In this document: piece by piece, positions 9,963-20,448 of the stretch
Layout: each line of letters opens with the position of its first letter
Numbering within the stretch: the first letter of the stretch is position 1
From: an uncultured Methanolinea sp.
GTDB lineage: Archaea; Halobacteriota; Methanomicrobia; Methanomicrobiales; Methanospirillaceae
DNA length: 64,000 bases
Assembly: GCA_964431125.1 (NCBI GenBank)
Contig: CAYSII010000002.1
Span: 30,301-94,300 of the forward strand
Reading direction: 5' to 3'
Program-made: the position numbers and the translations under genes
The notes under the pieces: model-generated
Told to the model about the DNA's origin: nothing
What the model saw: the letters and a program-made list of their open reading frames with translations, nothing else
Databases searched by the model: none

Positions 9963-10388
9963 TCAGGGCATCATCTCCCTGCATGCAGGGCACCTGACAT
10001 GGAGGAACTCGTCTCCCGTGCAGTTCCATGGCTCGTACTCCCTGCAGACGGAAGGGCGGACAGCGTGAATGGCACAGAATGCACGGCCATCCTCCCCTCT
10101 TCCGAGGAACGGGCAGGAGCGGAGAGTAAGACCGGACGGCTCATGCCAGTACGAGACGCGGGTTACAGAGGGTATATCCTTCCCCTGGATTGCGTCTCCA
10201 CGGACCCATCTCCCGCTGGCAAGACGGACTGCAACGTGGACGAGGATGTCCCATCTTTTTCCCTCGATCCAGGGGACGAGGTCTGCGGCAGTACCCTTCT
10301 GCCCCCAGCCCCACCGCTCGCAGCAGCGCCCGCACTGCCTGCATTCCTGATCCATTCTGCAATGACCAGTATTGCCGGAATCCTGCAT
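9963..10388 (-). CDS. YkgJ-family cysteine-cluster protein (UPF0153, putative Fe-S/zinc protein)
   Basis: CRQCGRCCERWG N-terminal CxxCxxCC motif and C-terminal CPFL..CAIHAVRPSVCREY block. Confidence 0.75.
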   Translation of the reverse strand: MQDSGNTGHCRMDQECRQCGRCCERWGWGQKGTAADLVPWIEGKRWDILVHVAVRLASGRWVRGDAIQGKDIPSVTRVSYWHEPSGLTLRSCPFLGRGEDGRAFCAIHAVRPSVCREYEPWNCTGDEFLHVRCPACREMMP

Positions 10389-10488
10389 AAGTGGTGCGGA
10401 TCGGTAACGCGGCAGATACGCGTTTGATGGGACCAGTGATAAAACAGGGAGGACTTTGAGAGATTAAAAAAAGGGGCGATTGAAACCA

Positions 10489-12318
10489 TCAGATATACCG
10501 GGGCTTCTTTGAGAGCTGCACCGGCGTGTAAAGGGGACGGAACGGTTTGTCCCCCGCCTCGTCGTGGATGACCCGGACAAGGTCCGGGAGGGAGAGACTC
10601 TCCCTGTGGGGTTTCCCGGGCTCTGACCGTGACCGTATCGTCACCGTCAGATGTCCGCTCTCGACTTCCGCGTCACCGACGACCACGACGAAGGGGACCC
10701 AGTCAACGGCTGCTTCCCGCACCTTCTTCGAGACGCTCTCGTCGCGGTCGTCGAGGTCGGCACGGATGCGCTGGAGGTTCAAATCGCGTGCAACGCATGT
10801 TGCATACTCGAGGTGCCGCTCGGCGACTGGAATGACCCGTGCCTGCACGGGGGAGAGCCACGTGGGCAGGCGGGGGACCCCCTGCCGGGAACAGCTCTCG
10901 AGGATGGCACAGATGACCCTCTCCACCGACCCTGTCGGGGAGCAGTGGAGGATGGGAGGATGCACCTCCCTGCCATCGAGGTGATACCTGATATTGAACC
11001 GGTGGGAACTCTCGACATCGATCTGGACAGTCGGGTTCTCGATTGGCCTGCCCTGCCCGTCGATTGCTGCAAGGTCCACCTTCGCGACCCAGTAGTGGAC
11101 ACGGTCGGAGAGGATCTCGATCAGCATCGGGCGCCCCGAGAGGGCAACCATCTTCGCGACCCAGTCGCTGTACTGAGAGAAGAAGTCCTTTGTGCACCGG
11201 ATGACACCAACAAGTTCCGTTCCGAAGTCTTTCCCGCTCTCCCAGCCCATCACGAGCTGCTCCTCGAAACACCGCAGGGCCTCGGGCATGTCCGTGCAGA
11301 GCGTGTGCATGTCCGGCATGGTGAATGCCCGCAGCCGTTTCAGCCCGATCACCTCGCCCTTCTGCTCGTGGCGGAAAGAGTACGTCGAGAGCTCGTACAT
11401 CTTGAGCGGGAGGGTGTTTGGGGAGATGTGCATGTCGCGCATGATCGAGAACATCCCAAAGCACGCAGCGAAGCGGAGCATCATATTCCGTGTCCCGCTC
11501 CTGAACCTGTACTGCCGTTCACCGAACTTGTCGGCATGCTCGTAGATGGCCCGGTCACCAAGGTCGTACATCACGGGGGTCTCGACGGGACTCGCCCCGT
11601 AGGGCAGGACACGGGCGAGCACGTAGTCTGCAAGGAGGTCACGGATGAGCTTTCCCTTCGGCAGCCAGCGCATGTGCCCCACGTCGGAGACCGGTTCGTA
11701 GTCCACGAGTTCCTTTGCGCGCATCAGTTCGACGTGCGCCGGTTCGCCGCCACCCTCCGATGGTTCGCCGAGTTCCTTCCTGATGAGACAGCCGAAGGCC
11801 GAGTCGTCCATGAATTCCTTTGCGTCGCACCGTTTGCCATCCGGGGTGAGGACAAAGAACTCGTGTGTGACCTCCTTCTTCTCCTTCTTCTTTCCCTCTT
11901 CTGGAGGCTGGATCGTCCGCGAGAGCTCGGAGAGGGGATGGCCCTTGCAGGAGAGCCGGAAGGCCTTGTACCACCCGAACGGAGCCCTTTTTACCTCGAA
12001 ACCGATCTCCTCCAGGAGGTGCTCGAGCATTCTGAGGGCTTCGATGGCTGCATCGGGGCGGGCAAGGTCGCTCGAGAGGTGCGCATACGGGTACAGCACG
12101 ATATTTTCCACGGAGAGCTGGTCAGCCGTCTTCGATATCTCCTCGCCGGCCTGCTCCACAACGCCCGGGATATCGTCCTCGTCCCCGGACTCGACGGCAC
12201 AGAAGACTGTCAGGGCATTTTCAAAAAAACCCCTGAGTGGCTGGTCTTCCTCTGCCATCCCGGTCTTCTGCTTTGCCTCGAACTCGATAAAATCAGAATG
12301 GATTAGGAGAAGTCGCAT
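10489..12318 (-). CDS. thrS: threonyl-tRNA synthetase, archaeal type with N-terminal editing domain
   Basis: [16 protein letters not shown].. archaeal ThrRS editing domain. Class II core (FRHEQKGE, GxxR motifs) and a C-terminal anticodon-binding domain. Confidence 0.93.
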   Translation of the reverse strand: MRLLLIHSDFIEFEAKQKTGMAEEDQPLRGFFENALTVFCAVESGDEDDIPGVVEQAGEEISKTADQLSVENIVLYPYAHLSSDLARPDAAIEALRMLEHLLEEIGFEVKRAPFGWYKAFRLSCKGHPLSELSRTIQPPEEGKKKEKKEVTHEFFVLTPDGKRCDAKEFMDDSAFGCLIRKELGEPSEGGGEPAHVELMRAKELVDYEPVSDVGHMRWLPKGKLIRDLLADYVLARVLPYGASPVETPVMYDLGDRAIYEHADKFGERQYRFRSGTRNMMLRFAACFGMFSIMRDMHISPNTLPLKMYELSTYSFRHEQKGEVIGLKRLRAFTMPDMHTLCTDMPEALRCFEEQLVMGWESGKDFGTELVGVIRCTKDFFSQYSDWVAKMVALSGRPMLIEILSDRVHYWVAKVDLAAIDGQGRPIENPTVQIDVESSHRFNIRYHLDGREVHPPILHCSPTGSVERVICAILESCSRQGVPRLPTWLSPVQARVIPVAERHLEYATCVARDLNLQRIRADLDDRDESVSKKVREAAVDWVPFVVVVGDAEVESGHLTVTIRSRSEPGKPHRESLSLPDLVRVIHDEAGDKPFRPLYTPVQLSKKPRYI

Positions 12319-12381
12319 GGTCGAACTCCATCTCTCTTGGGATCATCCCAGATAATTCTGGTTTCATCCCGTATATATCAT

Positions 12382-12939
12382 TCAGATATCCCGGATGTTC
12401 TGGTGGTACCGGGAAAGCGTCGCCTGCCTCTGGTCCATGTACTTTGCGTCTTTCCTGACATTGTACGGAGAGAGGGCCTTTTCCGTGGTGTAGAAGACGA
12501 GCTGGCCGATGGGCATCCCTGCATACATGCGGACCGGCCGGGCGTTCACGTTGCACATCTCGAGCGTGATCGAGCCGCGGAACCCTGCATCTATCCATCC
12601 CCCGGTCTGGTGGAGCTCCACCCCGAGCCTCGCGATGCTGCTCTTTCCCTCGATACTCGCAACGATGTTGTCCGGGAGACCGATCACCTCGAGGGTCTCG
12701 GCGAGCATGAACTGACCCGGGGCGATGACGATCGAATCTGCAGTCATCTCAGATGTACCTTCGCAGATCGTCTCCGCACGGTAGGGATCGATGACCAGAT
12801 CCCCGGGTTCGTACCAGACGAAGTGGTTTCCAAGGCGGATATCGAGGGAGTTCGGCTGGACAAGCGCCGGATCGAACGGTTCCACCGTGATGAACCCCCT
12901 CCGGATCCTGTCCGTGATCTGCCAGTCCACGAGGATCAT
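12382..12939 (-). CDS. dcd: dCTP deaminase (possibly bifunctional dCTP deaminase/dUTPase)
   Basis: [26 protein letters not shown].., GKSSIARLG, and [14 protein letters not shown]. Confidence 0.92.
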   Translation of the reverse strand: MILVDWQITDRIRRGFITVEPFDPALVQPNSLDIRLGNHFVWYEPGDLVIDPYRAETICEGTSEMTADSIVIAPGQFMLAETLEVIGLPDNIVASIEGKSSIARLGVELHQTGGWIDAGFRGSITLEMCNVNARPVRMYAGMPIGQLVFYTTEKALSPYNVRKDAKYMDQRQATLSRYHQNIRDI

Positions 12940-12965
12940 GGAGAAAATGTTCGGTGGGAGGAGTA

Positions 12966-13679
12966 TTAGGACTTCTTATTACGGTCTTCGTGCCTGATGT
13001 GCCATTCGGATCGCCGCATCAACCCGTGGAGGGTCGATGCTTCCCGGGGCGTGAGCTTTGCCCTCCCGAGGATGCGCCGCATCATGAGCATGGTTCCCTC
13101 CCGCTTGTGGAGAGGGTGGTCGATGAGGGTGAGGTACTGGTCGATGTGCCGGTACAGGTGCTCCATCTGCTCCCTGCCCGCGAGCAGGTACTCCCCCCGG
13201 GGGAGGGATGCAAGCTCGTACGCAATCACGGCAACCGCGTGGGAGAGGTTCATGATGGGGTAATCAGGGGACGTCGGAATCGTGCAGATGATATCGGAGC
13301 GCCGGATCTCGTCGTTGTTCAGCCCCCAGTTCTCGCGGCCGAAAAGGATGGAGACAGTCCCCCTGACCCCGGAGAGCATCTCGCGGAGTTCGCGCGGGGA
13401 GTAATACGGCATGCGCATCGGGTGGCAGACTGTCTTTCCTACCTCCCCTGTTGTTGCAACGGTGATGTCGCTTTCGGAGAAGACCTCCTCGAGAGAACAG
13501 ATCCGGGCTTTCTTCAGGATGTCGGAGGCATGTGCGGCCCGGGCGAGCGCATCGTCACCGAGAGGGCAGGGGTCCACGAGCACGAGCCGGGAGAACCCGA
13601 AGTTCTTGATCGCCCGCGCTGCAAACCCCACGTTGCCCTCGTAGAGCGGCTGGACCAGGACAAAAGAAACATCAGCCAT
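12966..13679 (-). CDS. SpoU/TrmH-class RNA 2'-O-methyltransferase (TrmJ-like)
   Basis: [50 protein letters not shown] (SPOUT knot motifs). Confidence 0.85.
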   Translation of the reverse strand: MADVSFVLVQPLYEGNVGFAARAIKNFGFSRLVLVDPCPLGDDALARAAHASDILKKARICSLEEVFSESDITVATTGEVGKTVCHPMRMPYYSPRELREMLSGVRGTVSILFGRENWGLNNDEIRRSDIICTIPTSPDYPIMNLSHAVAVIAYELASLPRGEYLLAGREQMEHLYRHIDQYLTLIDHPLHKREGTMLMMRRILGRAKLTPREASTLHGLMRRSEWHIRHEDRNKKS

Positions 13680-13695
13680 TCCTGTCCGGGCCGGG

Positions 13696-14388
13696 TCACG
13701 AAACGGCGTTAACGGTAGCCTTCAGGACGTCGATTCCCTTCTCGTAGACTGCGTTCCCGACGACGATTGTATCGGCAAAACGGGCCATCTCGGCTGCTTT
13801 CTCGGGAGAGTCGATACCCCCGCCATAGTAGAGTACTGCCGAGTCAAGGGCCTCGCATACTGCCCTGACAACGCGGGGGTCTCCGTACATGCCGGAGTAC
13901 TCGATGTAAACGATGGGAAAATGGAAGTACCGGTCCGCGACGATTGCGTATGCTGCGGCCTGTTCCGGCGTGAGATCACAGGCAGCTCCCGTGACCTTGC
14001 CCACCGAGGAGCGGGGATTGAGGACGATGTATGCCTCGGGGACGACGCGATCCCAGTCGATCTCCTGCTGGCTTACCCACTGGGTGTGCTTGCCGACGAT
14101 CCATTCCACGTTCCGGGTATTCATGACGCTCGGGACGAAGAGGAGGTCGATGCCCTCGCTGATGACAGCTTCGGGACCGGAGGGTTCCACGACGAGGGGC
14201 AGGTCATACCGGGCGACCTGCCGCAGGAGTTCCTGCATGTTCTGCCGGGTCACGTTCAGCGTCCCTGAGAGCATCAGGGCATCGGTCCCGCTCGTGACAA
14301 CACCCTGTACCTGTTCCGGGGTAAGCTGCCTGTCAGGGTCGAGTTTTGTCACGTGCGTCCAGCTCTTCCAGTTCCTGTGCATGGCCAT
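13696..14388 (-). CDS. geranylgeranylglyceryl phosphate synthase (PcrB/GGGPS family)
   Basis: WTHVTKLDPDR, SGTDALMLSGT, IEYSGMYGD and YYGGGIDS..VVGN motifs. Confidence 0.88.
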   Translation of the reverse strand: MAMHRNWKSWTHVTKLDPDRQLTPEQVQGVVTSGTDALMLSGTLNVTRQNMQELLRQVARYDLPLVVEPSGPEAVISEGIDLLFVPSVMNTRNVEWIVGKHTQWVSQQEIDWDRVVPEAYIVLNPRSSVGKVTGAACDLTPEQAAAYAIVADRYFHFPIVYIEYSGMYGDPRVVRAVCEALDSAVLYYGGGIDSPEKAAEMARFADTIVVGNAVYEKGIDVLKATVNAVS

Positions 14389-14396
14389 CCTCCTCG

Positions 14397-17249
14397 CTAG
14401 ATTACTATGATCTCTCCCGGAGACCTCTTCTTCTTTATGAGTGGGGCGGCCTTCCGGAGCAGAGCGATCTTCTGCCGGGGAAGACCTGCCCTGACCGCAA
14501 CCAGGGATTCGTCGAGCTGGTGGAGGCTTTCGCGGTCGTAGACACCGGCAGACAGGAGCTTTTCATAGATCCCCTGTGTCATTCCGGGGAGCGAGAGGAG
14601 ATCCTCTTTCCCCCGCCGGAACTTTGCAGCGGTCACGCGCACGGGTGCGGGCTTTCCGAGGGCTGCAGCCACGGCCTCCACGTGCTTGAAGACGGTATCA
14701 GGGGAAATTCCTGTCTTTTCAGCGATGAAGAGGGGATGCACGGAGAGGAGGGCCTCGGGAGAGAGAAAACCTGCCTCGAGGTATTTCTTCAGGCTGCCGG
14801 CGGGAATACCGGTGCCCCTGAGGCGTCTCTCTCCGGATTCACGGCGTGCTTCGGACTGGAGTGATTCTATCTCCTTCTGTGAAAGACCCGCCTCCCTGAG
14901 GAGAGAGGGATCTGCCCGGGCAATGTCATCGATCCCGTTGATGCCTGAACTGGCAAGTCTTTTTAAGAGCGCAGCGGGGCTTCTCCCCTTCCGGGGAGCA
15001 AGGCGCGACCTGACGAACTTCCTGCAGTCAGAACGCCTCCGGAGCAGTTCAAGCGCCTCCCCCGCCTCCTTCTGGACCTGCCGGGCACGGTCGACAGGGA
15101 CTCCGAGGGTCTCTGCAAGCCGTTCGGGAGGCACCTGCAACAGGTCCTGTACAGAAAAAAGGTGGGACGAGACCATCTTCGACGCGAGGTCTTCCCCTGC
15201 CGAGGGGAGAAGTTCCAGTGTCTCGCGAAGGGACCTGATATGGTGGCAGAGGGGGCAGCCTATCTCCCAGGGACGGGAGCCTTTCCTGACGAGGCGGACA
15301 AAGTTGAGCCCGTGCTCCGGGCATTTCTCGTTCGTCCGGACGGCATAGCCCCACATCGTGGCAGGCAGACCGATGTTGAAGGTGCAGGAAGGGTACTGCG
15401 TGCACCCGATGAACTGGGTCTGGTTCCGGACGTGGCGGATGCGCAGGTCGTTGCCGCAGACAGGGCACGGCCCTAGCCTCAGTTCCTCTGCGGTCTGTTC
15501 CCTGATCTCCTCGCCGATCTCCCTCTCGTGTGCCTCGAGCTGGTCGAAGACCTCGTGGAGCATTCCCCGGGACTCGGCGACGACCTCGTCGCGATCACGG
15601 GCCCGCTCCTTAATCTGCTGCATGTGTTCCTCGAGTGTCTGGGTCATTTCCGGCCGCGTGATCGTGTCGGCATGGTTCTCGAGGCTCTCGATGACTGCCC
15701 TCCCGACGAGGGTCGGACGGAGCGGGTTGCCCTCGACGTATTTCCTCGAGATGAGCTTCTGGATCACCTCGTGCCGCGTGCTCTTTGTCCCCAGTCCGAG
15801 TTCCTCCATCCTCTGGATCAGCCTGCTCTGGGTGAACCGTGGCGGCGGCTGCGTCTCTTTCTCCTCCATCCTCACCTCGCGGAGGGGGAGGGTCTCCCCC
15901 TCTGTGAGCCGGGGAAGGACGTATTCCGTTGCCGCACTGAAGGGGTAGACCTTCCGCCACCCCGGTTCGACGATCTGGCCACCCGTAACCGTGTAGGGTT
16001 CGCCACCGGCCGACAGCATCACCTTCATCGTCCGCCACCGGGCATCCGGCGAGAGCGTTGCAAGGAACCTCCTCACAACCAGTTCGTAGACCTTCCACCT
16101 CTCCTCCCCCAGCTCCTCCCGGCTGGCAGCCCCCGTGGGATGAATGGGAGGATGGTCGGTGCTCGTCTTCTGGCCGCGCGTGGGAACAGCCCTCCTGTTC
16201 GCCATCACCCATTCGACATCCGGCCGGAAGACCGTGGGGAGGATCGCAGACAGGATGTGGGAGAGGTCAAGGGTCGGCGGATAGACCGTGTTATCCGTCC
16301 TTGGATAGGAGATGTACCCGTTCATATACAGCTCCTCTGCGATGCGCATGGCGTTCGCCGCAGAGAGCCCCAGCCGGGCTGCAGCCACGATGAAAGAGGT
16401 CGTGTCGAAGGGCGACGGCGCCCGGTCAACCTTTGTTCCTTCCGTGACGCTGGTCACGACGAGGGGCGGGACGCTCCTCTCCCGTGCGGCAGAAGCCTCG
16501 CTGAAATCGTGGAACCGGGACGTGGTATGCCGTGCCTCGATCTCCTCCCCGTCCTTCCCGGTGAGGAGACGGAGCTGCCAGTACTTTTCCGGCCGGAACG
16601 CCTCGATCTCCCTCTCCCTGTCGACGATCATCGCGAGTGTCGGGCTCTGCACCCTGCCGACGGAGAGGATGTTTGATCCTCCCCTCCTTGCCGCAAGGGA
16701 TAGGAACCGTGTCAGGGATGCACCCCACATCAGGTCGATGATCTGGCGGGCCTCTCCTGCCGATGCAAGGGCAAAATCGATCCCTGTCGGGGAGGAGAAG
16801 GCATTTCTTATCTCGCCGGGGGTTATCGCCGAGAACCGGACCCTGTCGACAGGGACGGACGGGTTCACCTCCCGGACAAGCTCGTAGGCTTCTTTTCCGA
16901 TCAGTTCCCCTTCCGTGTCAAAATCGGTTGCAATTGTGACACGGTCAGCTTTTTTTGCAAGTTTCTGGAGGAGATCAACAATCTTTTTCTCCGTTGGGAC
17001 CTTGGTGGTCGGTGCATCGATCAGGCTCCGTGGCGTCCGTGACTCGGATCGCCAATTGGAGTATCCCTCGACGAAATCGACCTCCACGACGTGACCCCGG
17101 AGACCGACGACCGTTGTCCCGTCGAAGCTGTAGCTCGAGATCCCCCCGTCCCGCAACTCCCGGACCTTCTTCTCCCCTGCGAGGATGGATGCAATCCTCC
17201 TTGCAGATATGTTCTTTTCAGCAACGATGAGGTGCATTCGAGGAATCAC
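14397..17249 (-). CDS. topA: DNA topoisomerase I (type IA) with zinc ribbons and C-terminal helix-hairpin-helix repeats
   Basis: Toprim start MHLIVAEKNISARRIA, active-site region ISYPRTDN, and CPVCGN..CTQYPSC and CPEHG..CPLCHH ribbons. The C-terminal roughly 250 aa consist of HhH-like repeats. An alternative start lies at 17237. Confidence 0.92.
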   Translation of the reverse strand: MIPRMHLIVAEKNISARRIASILAGEKKVRELRDGGISSYSFDGTTVVGLRGHVVEVDFVEGYSNWRSESRTPRSLIDAPTTKVPTEKKIVDLLQKLAKKADRVTIATDFDTEGELIGKEAYELVREVNPSVPVDRVRFSAITPGEIRNAFSSPTGIDFALASAGEARQIIDLMWGASLTRFLSLAARRGGSNILSVGRVQSPTLAMIVDREREIEAFRPEKYWQLRLLTGKDGEEIEARHTTSRFHDFSEASAARERSVPPLVVTSVTEGTKVDRAPSPFDTTSFIVAAARLGLSAANAMRIAEELYMNGYISYPRTDNTVYPPTLDLSHILSAILPTVFRPDVEWVMANRRAVPTRGQKTSTDHPPIHPTGAASREELGEERWKVYELVVRRFLATLSPDARWRTMKVMLSAGGEPYTVTGGQIVEPGWRKVYPFSAATEYVLPRLTEGETLPLREVRMEEKETQPPPRFTQSRLIQRMEELGLGTKSTRHEVIQKLISRKYVEGNPLRPTLVGRAVIESLENHADTITRPEMTQTLEEHMQQIKERARDRDEVVAESRGMLHEVFDQLEAHEREIGEEIREQTAEELRLGPCPVCGNDLRIRHVRNQTQFIGCTQYPSCTFNIGLPATMWGYAVRTNEKCPEHGLNFVRLVRKGSRPWEIGCPLCHHIRSLRETLELLPSAGEDLASKMVSSHLFSVQDLLQVPPERLAETLGVPVDRARQVQKEAGEALELLRRRSDCRKFVRSRLAPRKGRSPAALLKRLASSGINGIDDIARADPSLLREAGLSQKEIESLQSEARRESGERRLRGTGIPAGSLKKYLEAGFLSPEALLSVHPLFIAEKTGISPDTVFKHVEAVAAALGKPAPVRVTAAKFRRGKEDLLSLPGMTQGIYEKLLSAGVYDRESLHQLDESLVAVRAGLPRQKIALLRKAAPLIKKKRSPGEIIVI

Positions 17250-18677
17250 TCACCCTTCTTCGAGGAGGCGGACGAGCACGCGGTTGACGTCTGCAGGTTT
17301 TGCGCATCCCCGTGTCTTCTTCATGACCTGCCCGACGAGGAAATTGAGAGCCTCTTTCCTGCCGTTCCTGTAGTCCTGCGCAGCTGACGGGTTCTCGTCC
17401 AGTGCCTCGCGGGCAGCCCGGGTGACGGGATCGTCACCGGTCTCTCCGGCAGGGATCGCACGGAGACCCAGTCTCCCGACGCATTCTGCCGGTGGCTCGC
17501 AGGTCCCCTTCTCCTTCAGCTGGTCGAGGAGGACCCGCAAGACGTCGATCCCGTTCCTGTCCGTGATCACCCGGTTCCTGACCAGGGATAAGAGACCGGA
17601 GAAGACCTCCGGGGGAACGGCAGAGATGGACATGTCCCTGTAGTTCAGCTCCCCGAGCAGAGTGTCTGCAACCCATGTTGCAGCAAGGATGGGGTCTTCC
17701 CCTGCGACCTTCTCGTAGAAATCGGCCAGCCTAAGGTCTCCTGTCAGGGTCCGGGCATGGATGAGGGAACACCCGTACTGTTCCATGAACCTCTGGCGCC
17801 GGGCGTCCGGGAGCTCGGGCAGGACGATCCTCTCGACCCAGTCTGCAACCCGCAGGGGTGCAAGGTCCGGTTCGGGGAAATACCTGTAGTCCTGCTCCAT
17901 CTCCTTGCTCCGGGCAGACGTGGTCACACCTCTTGCCTCGACGAAGTGGCGGGTCTCGCGCACCACCTTCTGGCCGCGGCGGAGAGCGTTCTTCTGGCGG
18001 GTGATCTCGAACGTCAGGGCCTTTTCCACGCCCTTGTAGGATGTGATGTTCTTGATCTCGACCCGCTCGCTCCCCTCAAGGGAGATGTTCGCATCGACCC
18101 GGAGAGACCCCTCTTTCTCGCTGTCAAAGACACCCAGGTACTCGAGTGTCGCCCGGAGCTTGTTGAGGAACCGGCGGGCCTCCTTCGGGGACCGGAGGTC
18201 GGGCTCGGTGACGATCTCGATCAGGGGGATTCCTGCACGGTTGTAGTCCACGAGGGAATACCGGGGCCTGTCCGTCCCGCCCTTGTGCACAAGGCGGCCG
18301 GGGTCCTCCTCCATGTGGACGCGCGTGATCCGGACCCTCTTCTCCCCGTCATCGCCCTCGATGTCGAGGTAACCGGATACTGCAAGGGGTCTGTCATACT
18401 GCGTTATCTGGAACCCCTTGTTCAGATCAGGGTAGAAATAGTTCTTCCGTGCAAAGACGGACTCCTCCGGAACGGTGCAGTGGAGGGCCTTTGCGACCCG
18501 GAGGGCATACTCGACCGCCCTCCTGTTGAGAACGGGAAGCGACCCGGGCAGGCCAAGGCAGACCGGGCAGACATGGGTGTTCGGGCCGTCATCGCGGTAG
18601 TCTGTCGAGCACCCGCAGAAGAGTTTCGTGGCCGTGTCCAGCTGGCAGTGGATCTCGAGCCCCACGATGACGCTCAC
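17250..18677 (-). CDS. gatB: Asp-tRNA(Asn)/Glu-tRNA(Gln) amidotransferase subunit B
   Basis: VIVGLEIHCQLDTATKLFCGC, CPVCLGLPGSLP, and a C-terminal YqeY-like tail. Abuts topA. Confidence 0.94.
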   Translation of the reverse strand: MSVIVGLEIHCQLDTATKLFCGCSTDYRDDGPNTHVCPVCLGLPGSLPVLNRRAVEYALRVAKALHCTVPEESVFARKNYFYPDLNKGFQITQYDRPLAVSGYLDIEGDDGEKRVRITRVHMEEDPGRLVHKGGTDRPRYSLVDYNRAGIPLIEIVTEPDLRSPKEARRFLNKLRATLEYLGVFDSEKEGSLRVDANISLEGSERVEIKNITSYKGVEKALTFEITRQKNALRRGQKVVRETRHFVEARGVTTSARSKEMEQDYRYFPEPDLAPLRVADWVERIVLPELPDARRQRFMEQYGCSLIHARTLTGDLRLADFYEKVAGEDPILAATWVADTLLGELNYRDMSISAVPPEVFSGLLSLVRNRVITDRNGIDVLRVLLDQLKEKGTCEPPAECVGRLGLRAIPAGETGDDPVTRAAREALDENPSAAQDYRNGRKEALNFLVGQVMKKTRGCAKPADVNRVLVRLLEEG

Positions 18678-19981
18678 GGCTGCACCCCCTGCTCGTAAGC
18701 GTACGCAACGTCAACGACCCGCTCGTCTTCCATCCACCGGCCCATGACCTGCAGGCCGACAGGGAGACCCTCGACTTTCCCGCAGGGGACCGATATTGCA
18801 GGGACGCCGGCAAGGTTTGCGGGAACCGTGAGGATATCGGAGAGGTACATGGAGAGGGGGTCGCTCTTTTCCCCGAACCGGAAGGCGACCGTCGGCATGG
18901 TCGGGCCGGCAATCACGTCGACTTCGGAGAAGAGGCGCCGGAAGTCTTCCCGGACGTTTCTCCGTGCGGCCTGTGCCTTGGCGTAGTACTTCCCGTAGTA
19001 CCCGGAGGAGAGGGCAAAGGTCCCGATCATTATCCTCCGCCGCACCTCGAGGCCGAACCCCTCGCGCCGCCTCTCCTGGAAGGCCTCGTGCCATGGTTTC
19101 CTGACATCGGAGGGGGGCCCGTAACGGACACCGTCGTACCGGGCAAGGTTCGAGCTTGCCTCGCTCATGCAGGTGACGTAATACGCGGCAAGCGCATGCG
19201 ACATGGACGGCATCCGGCACGTGATGATCTCTGCACCCTTCCGTTCAAGGAGGGTGAGTGCATCCCAGACGACCGATGCGACCCTCGGGTCGACTCCCTC
19301 GCCGAAGAACTCCTCGGGAACGCCGATCCGGGTACCTCTGATGTCCATGTTCGGGACGTGGGAATAGGGTGCATCGAGGGATGTCGAGTCACGCGGATCG
19401 TACGCTGCAATGACAGACATCAGAAGGTTGACATCAGAGACGTTCGCTGCCATGGGGCCGATCTGCTCGAGCGAGTTTGCATACGCGACAAGGCCGTACC
19501 GGGAGACCCGTCCGTACGTGGGCTTGAGCCCGACGATCCCGCAGAATGCCGCGGGGCAGCGGATGGATCCGCCGGTATCCGTCCCGAGGGCGAGGGGGAC
19601 GAGGCCTGCGGCAACTGCCGCAGCGCTCCCGCCGGAAGAGCCCCCCGGGACACGGGAAGGGTCGCGGGGATTTTTTGTCGGTCCGAATGCGGAGTTCTCT
19701 GTCGTGCTCCCCATGCCGAACTCGTCCATATTGGTCTTTCCCACGATCGCAGCCCCCTCCTTGCGCAGGAGAGTGACCACCGTTGCATCGTAGGGCGGGA
19801 CATATCCTGAGAGTATCCGGGATCCGCACGTCGTCTCGATCCCCCGTGTTGATATGTTATCCTTGACAGCGACAGGAACACCACTCAGCCGTCCCCCGCC
19901 ATAGCTGGCCTCGGGAATTGTCCTTAAAAAGGCGTTGTACCGGTCGTCTGGGTGGAAGGAGAGGGTTTTTCCGGGCATCAC
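18674..19981 (-). CDS. gatA: Asp-tRNA(Asn)/Glu-tRNA(Gln) amidotransferase subunit A
   Basis: Amidase signature GGSSGGSAAAVA and VAVKDNISTRGIETTCGS. 4-nt overlaps with gatB and gatC. Confidence 0.94.
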   Translation of the reverse strand: MMPGKTLSFHPDDRYNAFLRTIPEASYGGGRLSGVPVAVKDNISTRGIETTCGSRILSGYVPPYDATVVTLLRKEGAAIVGKTNMDEFGMGSTTENSAFGPTKNPRDPSRVPGGSSGGSAAAVAAGLVPLALGTDTGGSIRCPAAFCGIVGLKPTYGRVSRYGLVAYANSLEQIGPMAANVSDVNLLMSVIAAYDPRDSTSLDAPYSHVPNMDIRGTRIGVPEEFFGEGVDPRVASVVWDALTLLERKGAEIITCRMPSMSHALAAYYVTCMSEASSNLARYDGVRYGPPSDVRKPWHEAFQERRREGFGLEVRRRIMIGTFALSSGYYGKYYAKAQAARRNVREDFRRLFSEVDVIAGPTMPTVAFRFGEKSDPLSMYLSDILTVPANLAGVPAISVPCGKVEGLPVGLQVMGRWMEDERVVDVAYAYEQGVQP

Positions 19982-20247
19982 ATCACCCGCGGTGCCCTGA
20001 AGAACCCGTCTTCGGTCTCCTTCGCATTCGAGAGGACATCATCCCGGGAGAGGGAGGGTTCCACCTCGTCTTCCCGGAAGACATTGAAAGACCGCTCCTC
20101 CCCCTCTCCGCTACCGGTCACCTGGTCGAGGATATCGAAGTACTCGAGGATCCTGTTGAAACTCGCGGTGAACCCTTCGAGCTCCTCGCGGAGAATCGCG
20201 ATGTCTGCGAGCGTCCCGATATGTTCCACGTCTCTCTCTGTGATCAT
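19978..20247 (-). CDS. gatC: Asp-tRNA(Asn)/Glu-tRNA(Gln) amidotransferase subunit C
   Basis: MITERDVEHIGTLADIAILREELEGF.. is a GatC-like N-terminus. ATG 20247 is preceded by GGAGGATGGGGAAGGA. The track start 20304 sits practically on the TATA-like box and is rejected. Confidence 0.85.
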   Translation of the reverse strand: MITERDVEHIGTLADIAILREELEGFTASFNRILEYFDILDQVTGSGEGEERSFNVFREDEVEPSLSRDDVLSNAKETEDGFFRAPRVM

Positions 20248-20306
20248 TCCTTCCCCATCCTCCTCTCGTGTCCCTCCACGTATGAGAATAAGTACCCTCT
20301 GCACTT

Positions 20307-20316
20307 CTTTTTATAA
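20307..20316 (-). promoter_or_regulatory. TATA-box-like element upstream of gatCAB
   Basis: The minus strand reads TTATAAAAAG about 65 nt upstream of gatC ATG 20247, leaving a roughly 35-40 nt leader with an SD-like GGAGG. Confidence 0.4.
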
Positions 20317-20448
20317 CCATTGCTGCCCGAGCCTGCCGGATGGATCCAGACGTCCATTCGTTTTACCAGAAAAGGAGCCGAAAAAATGAGAAATCCTGTT
20401 TGGATCGACCAGTATCTCCAGTTTCTCTTCCCGTCCGGGAGGGGGGAA

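Noticed and set aside
10651-12306. 551-aa ORF on the plus strand covering almost all of thrS
   Set aside because: It is antisense to a gene with unmistakable ThrRS motifs. Its sequence is Arg/Gly/Asp/His/Val-rich low-information, typical of antisense frames in high-GC DNA. The same reasoning applies to 8600-9745, 15528-16676, 17757-18698, 37675-38613, 59555-60697, 26740-27798, 27462-28514 and 43399-44379.
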